IMG/VR virus record: IMGVR_UViG_3300036861_000320
Coordinates: 1-43,933 of that record
Source of the DNA: a virus
Taxonomy: Duplodnaviria > Caudoviricetes
DNA: 43,933 nt
Strand: one strand, 5' to 3'
The translations under genes were made by a program, and so were the position numbers. The notes below the pieces were generated by a model that was not told the DNA's origin, searched no databases, and saw only the letters and a list, made by a program, of their open reading frames with translations. Below are positions 15,672-23,863 of the stretch, piece after piece (positions within the stretch are counted from its first letter, which is position 1; the number at the start of each line of letters is the position of its first letter).

Positions 15672-15731
15672 TAAAGTATTGATTTATATAGCCGATACAG
15701 TCTAGTGGAAGCCGGAAACTTCCACTAGACT
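15672..15731. promoter_or_regulatory. IHF consensus site plus perfect 13-7-13 inverted repeat (candidate recombination site or operator)
   Basis: Minus strand AATCAATACTTTA matches WATCAANNNNTTR; AGTCTAGTGGAAG-CCGGAAA-CTTCCACTAGACT at 15699-15731. Confidence 0.55.
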
Positions 15732-15824
15732 TGGCTGAAAAGCACGCAAGTCACCACAAGCGCCTTCTCTGTGCCTGGAATCCTACCATAGATTCCCCTG
15801 GCGCACAAGGCGGGGGGACCCTTC

Positions 15825-16157
15825 ATGTCTGAATACACTGATTTTCTGGCCGTCTTGACGCAGAACCTGATGCCCTTTCAGGTGCCCTACGCTGCCGAGT
15901 GGGCCGACCTCCTGACAGCCCACGCCAGGATCGACCAGTTGCTGAATGAGCTGCACGCCGAACACGGGAGCAGTCTGCGCACGCGGTATGTCCGCCTGCT
16001 CTCCGACCAATCCATCAAAGGGCTTGTGGGCATGCTCGGGTTGGCCGTGGAGCTGTCGCGCAACCCGGCAGAATGCCCGATACGGCTGCTGTTTCCTGAT
16101 GGGACCAATAATTCAATACGTGGCGGATACTGCGTACCGCTGAGGAGAGACGAGTGA
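15825..16157 (+). CDS. Hypothetical protein
   Basis: 110 aa, GTGA overlap with next gene. Confidence 0.55.
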   Translation: MSEYTDFLAVLTQNLMPFQVPYAAEWADLLTAHARIDQLLNELHAEHGSSLRTRYVRLLSDQSIKGLVGMLGLAVELSRNPAECPIRLLFPDGTNNSIRGGYCVPLRRDE

Positions 16158-16366
16158 GCGACCATGAAGTGATCGTTGGAAACGTAGGAATTGTGTACGA
16201 CGGCCAGTCCGACATGGAAGCATCCTACTCTTTTAACGAGTACCGGGCTCAATCCAGGGAGGGGTACGGACGAGCCGCTGGTGAGTCGGTAACATGGTTG
16301 AGAGACGGTGAAATTTACAAAGAGTACATCGGCACACAAGACAATGAGGAACAAGACAATGGCTAA
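16154..16366 (+). CDS. Small acidic early protein
   Basis: GAGGAG RBS; VIVGNVGIVYDG...GESVTWLRDGEIYKEY. Confidence 0.7.
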   Translation: MSDHEVIVGNVGIVYDGQSDMEASYSFNEYRAQSREGYGRAAGESVTWLRDGEIYKEYIGTQDNEEQDNG

Positions 16367-16571
16367 CTGCGAATGTTCAGACATCGGCTGCCCAGGGCAC
16401 CCAGGTAAAGAGTATTGTCCGAAACGGGCAAATGCACGAAACATCCTCTATAGGAGCGATATGGAAGACCGCACTGGCACCGTGATGTGTTCAGTGTGCA
16501 GTGCGGATGCGTACTCGTCCGGACTGTTCACTGACCGCCGGCCATATCCTGGCGCAAGGAGGCAAGATTAA
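16359..16571 (+). CDS. Small Cys-rich protein
   Basis: CECSDIGCPGH...C...MCSVC; GAGGA RBS. Confidence 0.65.
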   Translation: MANCECSDIGCPGHPGKEYCPKRANARNILYRSDMEDRTGTVMCSVCSADAYSSGLFTDRRPYPGARRQD

Positions 16572-16873
16572 TGCGGACAAAATACGAAATTATTAACCAC
16601 GGCTATATGCGCCCTGACTATTTCCAAGGATGGGGAACAGCATACACCGATTTTGATTATGCGGTAACGGGTTGTGGGAACAATGCAAAAGAGGCTTATA
16701 ACGATGCAGTTGAGCAGATTTACCGAATTCACATTGACGGAACGTATGAGATGAAAAGAGTGGTTGAAGCGTTGAAGCTGCCGACCCGACCAAAAGGGAT
16801 TCGCGCCAAGGACAAGGTGCCAGAGAGCGATAGCGAGAGCTATTGGTACGTCGGTATACGGTATAACCTGTAA
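16571..16873 (+). CDS. Hypothetical early protein
   Basis: AAGGAGG RBS, TAATG coupling. Confidence 0.65.
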   Translation: MRTKYEIINHGYMRPDYFQGWGTAYTDFDYAVTGCGNNAKEAYNDAVEQIYRIHIDGTYEMKRVVEALKLPTRPKGIRAKDKVPESDSESYWYVGIRYNL

Positions 16874-16883
16874 AGGGCAAGCA

Positions 16884-17114
16884 ATGAAAACAAAGCTTTA
16901 TCGCAACTTGAAGCCGGGTGACCAGTTTACAGTCGTCGATCTGACATACCCTTCAGCCTACGGGAGAGCAGCGGCAGTGACTGTGACCGGCGTGCGCGAA
17001 GCCGGCCCTGCTTGGTTCACTGGCAAGCGGCAGTGGGAAATTCACGGTACCTACCCTTGGTGGTTCCGTGGTCCGATCATGGCATACAGCACAGACAGAG
17101 TGGAGCTGATCTAA
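16884..17114 (+). CDS. Hypothetical protein (SH3-like beta composition)
   Basis: RNLKPGDQF start; operon packing. Confidence 0.6.
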   Translation: MKTKLYRNLKPGDQFTVVDLTYPSAYGRAAAVTVTGVREAGPAWFTGKRQWEIHGTYPWWFRGPIMAYSTDRVELI

Positions 17115-17479
17115 TGGCAACGACAGTGGTACGAGATTTATATAGGCGGTATCAATTTTTCAAGGCCAACGGTGCCCACATTGGTGGCGAGAAAGCCAAG
17201 TGTGCCTTGCGTTCTGCGAGAGCCGAGATATGGGCGTTTGAACATGACGTTGAATTTCTGTGGGAGGATGATTCACGAGACTATGACGATAGCCTTGGAG
17301 ACCATGCGTACTGGTGTACGGATGAACAGCGGGGGGAATGTCAAGGGCACGAAATAACCTGGTGTCAGGCACGGATGAATGACGAAATAGTTGCATCACT
17401 AGGGGCAATCATTGACGCGGATCGGACGTATCGGCGGGTTGTGCAGGCAGAGCTTGCATGTGAGGTGATGTATGAATGA
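17114..17479 (+). CDS. Hypothetical early protein
   Basis: TAATG coupling at 17114; IVASLGAI...YRRVVQAELA. Confidence 0.65.
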   Translation: MATTVVRDLYRRYQFFKANGAHIGGEKAKCALRSARAEIWAFEHDVEFLWEDDSRDYDDSLGDHAYWCTDEQRGECQGHEITWCQARMNDEIVASLGAIIDADRTYRRVVQAELACEVMYE

Positions 17480-17624
17480 CTCCGTAGACAAGTGTAAGCC
17501 AGTCTGTGGGCCGTGCATCCAGCGGCATCTGAGGGATGTGGCGCTGTGGGTGGTGGACAAGGTATTCGAACCGTGCTGCATATGTCGGCAAAAACAATGG
17601 GTTGTCGTGATAAAGGGGTAAGGG

Positions 17625-17933
17625 ATGGACTACACATATTCAAACGACTACGGAAGTAGAGGTAACTCAAAGTGGACAAAGAGCCAGCATGAATGGGACA
17701 AAGCTGTTGACAAGGGCTTAGCTCAAAACAGTAAAGAAGAAAAGCTCCCGTTTTTCAAACTGTTAGCGAAGATTCGGCATGAGAGCGAGGTCGAGGCTGC
17801 ACAAACAAGACGGTTTTGCTTTATGAGGCCAGTAGCGCGATACGGGTATAGCTGGTCTCCTAATGGCCAAGTGTTTCTCAAGGGGACGCAGGTTAATTTG
17901 GCAAATTACTGGATTGATCGACTAAGGAGCTAG
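17625..17933 (+). CDS. Hypothetical protein
   Basis: 102 aa, purine-rich RBS. Confidence 0.55.
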   Translation: MDYTYSNDYGSRGNSKWTKSQHEWDKAVDKGLAQNSKEEKLPFFKLLAKIRHESEVEAAQTRRFCFMRPVARYGYSWSPNGQVFLKGTQVNLANYWIDRLRS

Positions 17934-17935
17934 GG

Positions 17936-18097
17936 ATGGACCCGCAGGCGTGTTGGCACGAGTTGGTGGAGTTGATGCGCGAATACCACGCGATAGACGA
18001 TATTTGGATTCAGGAGGTTCTTATTGAGGATATTTTGGAGCGACTCAATGCTTTGTACGACTGGTTACAGAAAGGGGGCGATGTACCGACAGCGTGA
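17936..18097 (+). CDS. Small acidic protein (53 aa)
   Basis: AAGGAG RBS; MDPQACWHELVELM...LYDWLQKGGDVP. Confidence 0.65.
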   Translation: MDPQACWHELVELMREYHAIDDIWIQEVLIEDILERLNALYDWLQKGGDVPTA

Positions 18098-18166
18098 GAA
18101 GAGTCCGGTTGGAAGCCTGAGAACAACCAACCGGACGTACAACAATCAACAGGAGACCTCAAGTAT

Positions 18167-18352
18167 ATGTCAGAAGCGCATCCACGTCAAGTTCCCCCTG
18201 TGCGCTCGAACGTGCAACTCCGCTGTCTCGAATGCCAGCGACTCTACTGGCCCGAGCATAGCCAGCAAGACACGTGTAGCACGGACTGCTGTCGAATCTA
18301 CGTACAAAAACGCCGCTATACACACAGGGGAAACAACAATGTTAGCAAATGA
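18167..18352 (+). CDS. Small zinc-finger protein
   Basis: RCLECQRLY...CSTDC; AGGAG RBS. Confidence 0.6.
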   Translation: MSEAHPRQVPPVRSNVQLRCLECQRLYWPEHSQQDTCSTDCCRIYVQKRRYTHRGNNNVSK

Positions 18353-18749
18353 CTGGACCGATCAAGACTGGAGCAAACACCGGGAAGTGCTGGCTAGAAA
18401 GTATGGAGAGGACATTGCGCAGCAAGCCATCCTAGCGCTGTGGGAGCAGTTGGCAGAGGGGAAAGACATAGCACGACCGACCGAGTGGATGTCTGTTACT
18501 GCTAAGAATTTCCAGAAAATGCAGTGGAGGCACGAGAGTTGTGTGCCCATGGTGCCGCTAACCGTGGTGTTGGCGTCAGCGGATATTGAGCTGCCAGGGA
18601 GCTTGATTGATACCAATTCGCCTGAAGTGTTGGCGATTAAGGCAGAGGAGGTGCGGCAGCTAGCGGCGCTTCGAGCGCTCGACAGGCGGAAACGCTCCTA
18701 CCTACGCAAGACGGGTCAGATAGAAGCTCTACAAGCGGAGTGTGCTTAA
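18339..18749 (+). CDS. Truncated sigma70/ECF-like protein (region 2 present, region 4 HTH missing)
   Basis: EDIAQQAILALWEQ...EWMSVTAKNFQKMQWRHE matches ECF region 2; SPEVLAI...LRALDRRKR resembles the start of region 4, then the protein ends. Confidence 0.6.
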   Translation: MLANDWTDQDWSKHREVLARKYGEDIAQQAILALWEQLAEGKDIARPTEWMSVTAKNFQKMQWRHESCVPMVPLTVVLASADIELPGSLIDTNSPEVLAIKAEEVRQLAALRALDRRKRSYLRKTGQIEALQAECA

Positions 18750-19600
18750 TGGCTAAAGAATTGACCGTCGGGCACCACCTGGAGCGGTTTTACACTGAGT
18801 GGCAAATACAGGGGCGCAAGTCCATCGACACGGCCCGGAGCCATGCCAAGCCGATTGTGGAACGCTTTGGCAAAGTACCAGCCGTGACTATCAAGACCGA
18901 CGACTTACGCACGTACATTGTGCAGCGCAAGGAAGCCGGGAAGGCCAATGCCACCATCAACCGAGAGCTGGCTGTACTGAGGAGAACACTAGTGCTTGCA
19001 TACGAGTCGGGAGAGCTGGACCGAGTGCCGAAGTTTCCGAGTCTGAAGGAAGAAAACATCAGACAGGGGACGTACACGCGGGAGGAAGTGGACAGGGTCA
19101 TGACCGAGTTACCGCTGCACTTGCAGCCAGTGGTTTTATACGCTTATCTCACAGGTCGGAGAAGAGGGGAGATCTTACAGCTCAAGTGGGACGATATCGA
19201 CCTGAAAGCCAGGGTAATTACTGTGCGGCAGGACACCACTAAGACCGGGGATGTGGACCGTATTCCGCTCCAGGGGGAACTCTACAAGCTACTGCTTGAT
19301 CTCTGGGAGAGACGTAGAGAAGGTGTACCGTGGGTTTTCTCACATAACAAGGAACAGATTGGAGACTTCAACCATACGTTTGCCAGTGCAGCCAGCCGGG
19401 CCGGGCTCAAGGGGAAGCTGTTTCATGATCTTCGGCGCTCCATGGTTACCGATGCTGTTGAGGCAGGAGTTGACCCCTCTGTCGTCATGAAGATCACAGG
19501 GCACAAGACTCTAAAAACATTTATCCGATACCGAATCGTAAAAACTGAGGGGATTCGGACAGCTATGAGTACCCTTGAAGAATATAGAAAGAACAAGTAG
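18749..19600 (+). CDS. int: Tyrosine recombinase/integrase
   Basis: ATINRELAVL, TGRRRGEILQLKWDDIDL, TKTG, HDLRR, GHK, IRY catalytic residues. Confidence 0.93.
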   Translation: MAKELTVGHHLERFYTEWQIQGRKSIDTARSHAKPIVERFGKVPAVTIKTDDLRTYIVQRKEAGKANATINRELAVLRRTLVLAYESGELDRVPKFPSLKEENIRQGTYTREEVDRVMTELPLHLQPVVLYAYLTGRRRGEILQLKWDDIDLKARVITVRQDTTKTGDVDRIPLQGELYKLLLDLWERRREGVPWVFSHNKEQIGDFNHTFASAASRAGLKGKLFHDLRRSMVTDAVEAGVDPSVVMKITGHKTLKTFIRYRIVKTEGIRTAMSTLEEYRKNK

Positions 19601-19622
19601 CTGATCGACGCTAGAAACAACC

Positions 19623-19660
19623 ATGGCGGGCGCCCGTGTGGGCTGACCCGCCATTTTTGT
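19623..19660 (+). terminator. Intrinsic terminator after the recombinase
   Basis: ATGGCGGG...CCCGCCAT stem with inner GCCC/GGGC, followed by TTTTGT. Confidence 0.6.
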
Positions 19661-19677
19661 GTCTGCTCTTTGAAAAC

Positions 19678-19872
19678 TTATTCGTCGGGGTGACGCTCGC
19701 GGTAGGAGTCGCTGTTGAGCCAACAGCGTATCTTGACCTCGCACAGGGCGTTGGATGCTTCCAGGCGCTTCCAGGCCGCTTCTTCCCGGCCATCTTGGTA
19801 GGTGTTCATCAGGTCGTCAACACTGCCGTAGAGGCCGTCTGGCAGGCTTTCCAGCCACTCAGGAATTTGCAT
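19678..19872 (-). CDS. Hypothetical protein
   Basis: AGGAGG RBS before ATG 19872. Confidence 0.55.
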   Translation of the reverse strand: MQIPEWLESLPDGLYGSVDDLMNTYQDGREEAAWKRLEASNALCEVKIRCWLNSDSYRERHPDE

Positions 19873-20203
19873 GCTGGCCTCCTGTGCACACAGGGCACTG
19901 GCAGGTACGGGCCGGGAGCGTGTCGCCCTCATCTCCCCACCAGAGGAACATTGCGGAGCAGGCGATAAGCGCCCCGTGGTGAAAGCCAGTTTCCGGGTCG
20001 TACACTTGGCCGGCCATAAGGGCTAAAAGATGGCGGCCAATGGCGGCAAGGTAGCGGGCACGCTCGACGAGTTTCCAGTTGTACTCGCCGTATTTTTGAC
20101 CACCATGCCGAAGTACCTGGCCTACTTCCCACAGCCAGCCGGGGACCACAAGGTCCAGACGAGATTTACCGCTGTCATGCTTGCGACCGTCTTGTTGGTT
20201 CAT
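19859..20203 (-). CDS. dATP/dGTP diphosphohydrolase domain protein (DUF5664-like)
   Basis: GRKHDSGKSRLDL, G..KYGEYNW, RYLAAIGRHL, DPETGFHH...ACSAMFL. Confidence 0.85.
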   Translation of the reverse strand: MNQQDGRKHDSGKSRLDLVVPGWLWEVGQVLRHGGQKYGEYNWKLVERARYLAAIGRHLLALMAGQVYDPETGFHHGALIACSAMFLWWGDEGDTLPARTCQCPVCTGGQHANS

Positions 20204-20210
20204 GAGCACC

Positions 20211-20669
20211 TCAGAGGTTGAACAGGCTTGTGAGCACGTTAACGGCATCGTCGATATTGTCCACGAACATCAGGCGCGGTAGCCGCTGGAGGAAGGCATT
20301 GTCTCGCAGCTCACTGTCTTGCGGCTCAGCGATAAGCACCATGGGCTTACGGAGCGCCCAGAGGTAGCCCATCTCCATCCACGAGCACTTGCCGGGGTGG
20401 TTGGTTAGCGTGGAGTAGCCAAGGGCTACATCACAGCGCTGGAGGTCAGTTTCGTCTCGTAGGACAATAGCCTCTGATCGGCACAGCAGGTGCTCAGGAT
20501 AGGCTCCGGAGAGCTTCCCGATGCCCTTTAATTCGGCCTTGTGCCGCATCGGGGACAGGACGTCGAACCAGGAACAGAGAACCTTGGTGGCTTCGTTGCG
20601 CCAGCCAATGGCTTGCTCGTAATCAAGCTCTGAGATGCGGCCAAAGAGATAGATTCTAGGTTTACTCAC
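20211..20669 (-). CDS. Nucleoside 2-deoxyribosyltransferase/nucleotide hydrolase-like protein
   Basis: IYLFG...WR...SPMR, RD..DLQRCDV, MEMGYLWALRKPMV. Confidence 0.8.
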   Translation of the reverse strand: MSKPRIYLFGRISELDYEQAIGWRNEATKVLCSWFDVLSPMRHKAELKGIGKLSGAYPEHLLCRSEAIVLRDETDLQRCDVALGYSTLTNHPGKCSWMEMGYLWALRKPMVLIAEPQDSELRDNAFLQRLPRLMFVDNIDDAVNVLTSLFNL

Positions 20670-20744
20670 AGTGCCTCCTTAGATGACATCCAAAGTACAT
20701 GGGCTTGCTGTTAGCACGCTGCTAAAAGCTTCCCCACATTTACG

Positions 20745-20858
20745 CTTACACTTAAAAAAGATGAATTGTATATAGGCTTATGTCGCAGGGTATAAAAATA
20801 AATACTTTTAAATAGTTTGGACATCTGTGTCTATACAATTCATTTTGTTCAATGCAGG
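20745..20858. promoter_or_regulatory. Second divergent pair of the TGCGACA-N11-ACAATTCAT element
   Basis: Copy 3 at 20745-20787 (minus), copy 4 at 20817-20858 (plus, TTGGACA variant). Confidence 0.7.
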
Positions 20859-20890
20859 CAGTGATCGCAACTAACCACCAGGAGGCACAC

Positions 20891-21712
20891 TTGACCGTAT
20901 CTATAGATGATGTAAAGGTAGGCGCGATATTTAGTCCTTACCCCACGACCGCATTCCAACGCTGTCCACGCATGTGGGACTATGCCAAGCGTTGGCAGCC
21001 CAGGGACGAAGGCGGCAAGACAGCGATGCTGATCGGCACCGCCGTGGCCCTAGGCCTGGAAGATTGGTACAACGGCAGGCGCGAGCCCGATCAAAAAGCC
21101 GTTGCGGAGCTGGCGTTGCGGGCAGCGGCTGAATGCGCTGAGGCGCAGTACCAGGAGGGTTCAGATAGATCGCTGGAAGGCGTCGTGACGCTGGTACGCC
21201 GGGGCGTAAAGCATGGGATGGCCACCGACTTAGGACTGAAGGAGATTCTCGGCGTTGAGAAATTCTATGGCCGCACCAAGCCCGACCTTGTTGGCCGGAA
21301 TCGCGATGGCCGCCTGGTCGTGATTGACCACAAGGTAAAGATGAACCTGGACGACAGGTACAAAGAAAAGGAGCTTCTGAAGTTCGATACGAACAACCAG
21401 ATGATGCATTACGCCTGGACCGTTGCCCAGGACATGGGTGAGCCCGTGTACGAAGTGATCATTCACCTGATTGTGTTGGCTCCCAGGGTATACACCGAGC
21501 TGCACCCCATCAGAATCGACCAGGAGCACTTGGCCTTCTGGCTGGAGGGGGTGGCGAAGGACTGGGAGTCAATGGCCCACAACGACAACCGGCCCCGGTT
21601 CAGTGCGTGCATGGACCCATGGCCTTGTGATTATCGAGCTGGCTGCCATACCTTCAATGGCCAGGAATCGAAGTTCAATGTGCTTTATGACCCTAAAGAA
21701 AAGAGGTTTTGA
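20891..21712 (+). CDS. PD-(D/E)xK exonuclease (Cas4/RecB-like)
   Basis: FQRCPR, KPDLVG, VVIDHK, QMMHY, C-terminal C..PWPC.Y..C; GGAGG RBS before TTG 20891. Confidence 0.85.
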   Translation: MTVSIDDVKVGAIFSPYPTTAFQRCPRMWDYAKRWQPRDEGGKTAMLIGTAVALGLEDWYNGRREPDQKAVAELALRAAAECAEAQYQEGSDRSLEGVVTLVRRGVKHGMATDLGLKEILGVEKFYGRTKPDLVGRNRDGRLVVIDHKVKMNLDDRYKEKELLKFDTNNQMMHYAWTVAQDMGEPVYEVIIHLIVLAPRVYTELHPIRIDQEHLAFWLEGVAKDWESMAHNDNRPRFSACMDPWPCDYRAGCHTFNGQESKFNVLYDPKEKRF

Positions 21713-21936
21713 TGGCCTTAGATACTGACCTGACCAAGTACTCGACTGATCTGACCGCTGCCGCGACTGTGGTAGACAAGGCAACGTTTCAAATTCAGAC
21801 CTACCCGCAGCTGTTCGGGCTGGTTTTTACAAGCGAGCGAATGGCCGCGCTTAAGGCGGAGCTGAACGCCTTGGCAGCCGCTTTTGGCAACGCGGCAACG
21901 TTTGTGGTGGCCCTCAAGGCTATGACCACCAAATAA
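21712..21936 (+). CDS. Small helical hypothetical protein
   Basis: GAGG RBS, TGATG coupling. Confidence 0.6.
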   Translation: MALDTDLTKYSTDLTAAATVVDKATFQIQTYPQLFGLVFTSERMAALKAELNALAAAFGNAATFVVALKAMTTK

Positions 21937-21945
21937 GGAGGACGG

Positions 21946-22776
21946 ATGCCCTTAAAGGCGATGACCACTGAGCTACGCAATAAGCGACAATCTAGGGTGC
22001 TTGTGTTTGGTCCACCTAATAGCTTTAAGACATCCAGCGTACTACAAACGGCGTACTACCCGTTGCACTTAATCAGTCCGCCAGGCGAGGAGGGGTTTTG
22101 TACGATTCCAAGTAACGTGCCTGGTCTGAATGCACTGGTGTGGGAGCAGGACCCGAGTGCCCCGCAGACGTATAGCTCGATCAAGAGTGAGGTTGAGGGG
22201 GCGACATACAAGGCCTTGGCGGGGGACTACGGCCCGATTCGGACCTTATGCATCGATGGCTTCCACCAAATGTATAAGGTGTATCTGAACTTAGCAACTG
22301 ATGGAGCCTTTGGTCGCGGTGATGATTTTGAGGCCAAGTTGTACACCAAGGCTCACGAGATGGCCAATAAGTTCCTCACGAACATTACGCAGTCGCCGGT
22401 TGAGTACGTAATCGTGACCACCTGGAACGAAAAGGAGGCCGACCGACCGAAGAAACCAGGTGAACGGGCTTCTGATATCGATTCCCACGAATACCCTGCC
22501 CTACCAGGGAAGATGGCGAAGAACATTGTGGGGATGTTCTCGGTGTTGGTCTTCAGCCGAGTGACCAACAAACGGCTCCCTGATGGTCGAATGGTCGGGG
22601 AATGGCTCTTGAGGCCGGACAAAGACGTATGGGGAGCCAGCGTCAAGTGCGACCCGCGATTGATAGCCAAGCTCCCGACTACCTGCCCTCAGGACTTCCG
22701 GGGCTTGTACAAGATCATCGGGGCAGCGCAACAGGAGGCAGAGAAGGAAAATGAGAAGTGCCAGTCAGTGGCGTAA
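21946..22776 (+). CDS. AAA_24/Sak4-like P-loop ATPase (recombinase)
   Basis: VLVFGPPNSFKT, TLCIDG, YPALPGK; adjacent to exonuclease. Confidence 0.75.
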   Translation: MPLKAMTTELRNKRQSRVLVFGPPNSFKTSSVLQTAYYPLHLISPPGEEGFCTIPSNVPGLNALVWEQDPSAPQTYSSIKSEVEGATYKALAGDYGPIRTLCIDGFHQMYKVYLNLATDGAFGRGDDFEAKLYTKAHEMANKFLTNITQSPVEYVIVTTWNEKEADRPKKPGERASDIDSHEYPALPGKMAKNIVGMFSVLVFSRVTNKRLPDGRMVGEWLLRPDKDVWGASVKCDPRLIAKLPTTCPQDFRGLYKIIGAAQQEAEKENEKCQSVA

Positions 22777-23080
22777 GTGGTGTTACGAACTTGGGTGGGC
22801 GACCATTGGCCAGGGCACGGTTCAAGCCATGTTGGCAGACCTAATGACCCTGGAACGGCAGCTGGAGGAAGCCGACTGTGTATCCATTGAGAAGGACGAG
22901 CAGCGGTACGACCTGGAGCGGCAGGTTGCGGAGTTAGAGGAGTCAGAGCACCGTTGGCGTCAGGAGTATAAAGATGCAGAGCAACAGATACATGCGCTCT
23001 GTGATCGGGTAGAGGAGTTGACGAAGCGGTTGGCCGACGTAGAGGGCGATAACGAGATTTTACAACAATGGGACGATTAA
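22751..23080 (+). CDS. Coiled-coil hypothetical protein
   Basis: Heptad-rich acidic 109 aa. Confidence 0.6.
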   Translation: MRSASQWRKWCYELGWATIGQGTVQAMLADLMTLERQLEEADCVSIEKDEQRYDLERQVAELEESEHRWRQEYKDAEQQIHALCDRVEELTKRLADVEGDNEILQQWDD

Positions 23081-23090
23081 GGAGCGGTAT

Positions 23091-23654
23091 ATGAGCGAGC
23101 AAGAGTTTGGCATGGGTTTTGACGCCGGGTTTGACCTTCCGGAGTCCAACGGGTTCCAGACGGAAGCCACTCCGGACTTCACGGTCCAGGCCAATGGCCA
23201 GGCGTTTGAGACTGAGGACGAGGAAGTGGACCTGTGGGCTGGTACCCTGGACCACGAAGCCGACACTCAGGCGATCAAGGATGCCCTACCCCCGGCAGGC
23301 TACTACGAGGTAGCGGGGCTGACGGGTACCCGCTCGGTTCGGGAAGTGGAGGGGCATAAACGGCCCACGATACGTTACTTCGGCATGGGTGTGCGGTACG
23401 TGGATGGCAGCGAGTCTAAGGCCCGTATACGGTTCAGCATTTGCCATGTGCCGTTCACCAAGGCCAATGGCAAGAAGAGCTGGGACTACCAGATGTACTT
23501 GGCAGCCAAGAAGGCGTATTTCACGGCCAACCAGGCGCAGCCGGCCACTATTGACGAGCTGGACGAATTCCTGAGCACGGCCACGGTAAAGGCCCGTATC
23601 ACACATACTGACGATGACTATATGGTCGTCGGATTAGACGGGGTACGTGCCTGA
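23091..23654 (+). CDS. Putative ssDNA-binding protein
   Basis: LPPAGYYEV motif, acidic N-terminal tail, position after Sak4-like gene. Confidence 0.45.
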   Translation: MSEQEFGMGFDAGFDLPESNGFQTEATPDFTVQANGQAFETEDEEVDLWAGTLDHEADTQAIKDALPPAGYYEVAGLTGTRSVREVEGHKRPTIRYFGMGVRYVDGSESKARIRFSICHVPFTKANGKKSWDYQMYLAAKKAYFTANQAQPATIDELDEFLSTATVKARITHTDDDYMVVGLDGVRA

Positions 23655-23863
23655 TGCCTCGTTTACTCGATGGCCGGTCCTTCCACTTCGATGACTGTAT
23701 CGAGGATGGCTGTTGTGTTGAGTGTGGCGAAGCGCTGGAGTTCGATGCCGAGTTCGGCGAGGACTTGGTAGCCCTGGTCCAAGCCGAGTGTTGTAACCTG
23801 CGGTATGTATTGAAGCCCACCATGGTTGTGGTGGAGCATTGGGAGACAGGGGATGAGGGTTAG
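23654..23863 (+). CDS. Small acidic zinc-binding protein
   Basis: CCVECG...ECCNL; TGATG coupling. Confidence 0.55.
   Translation: MPRLLDGRSFHFDDCIEDGCCVECGEALEFDAEFGEDLVALVQAECCNLRYVLKPTMVVVEHWETGDEG

Noticed and set aside
18103-18136. 10-bp inverted repeat GTCCGGTTGG/CCAACCGGAC as a terminator or att site
   Set aside because: No U tract and a 14-nt loop; function cannot be supported from sequence
18024-18338. N-terminal extension of the 241-aa ORF
   Set aside because: Overlaps two better-supported small ORFs; ATG 18339 is the more plausible start
19859-20203. 2-aminoadenine (Z) genome pathway
   Set aside because: No PurZ or HD-domain dATPase ORF found
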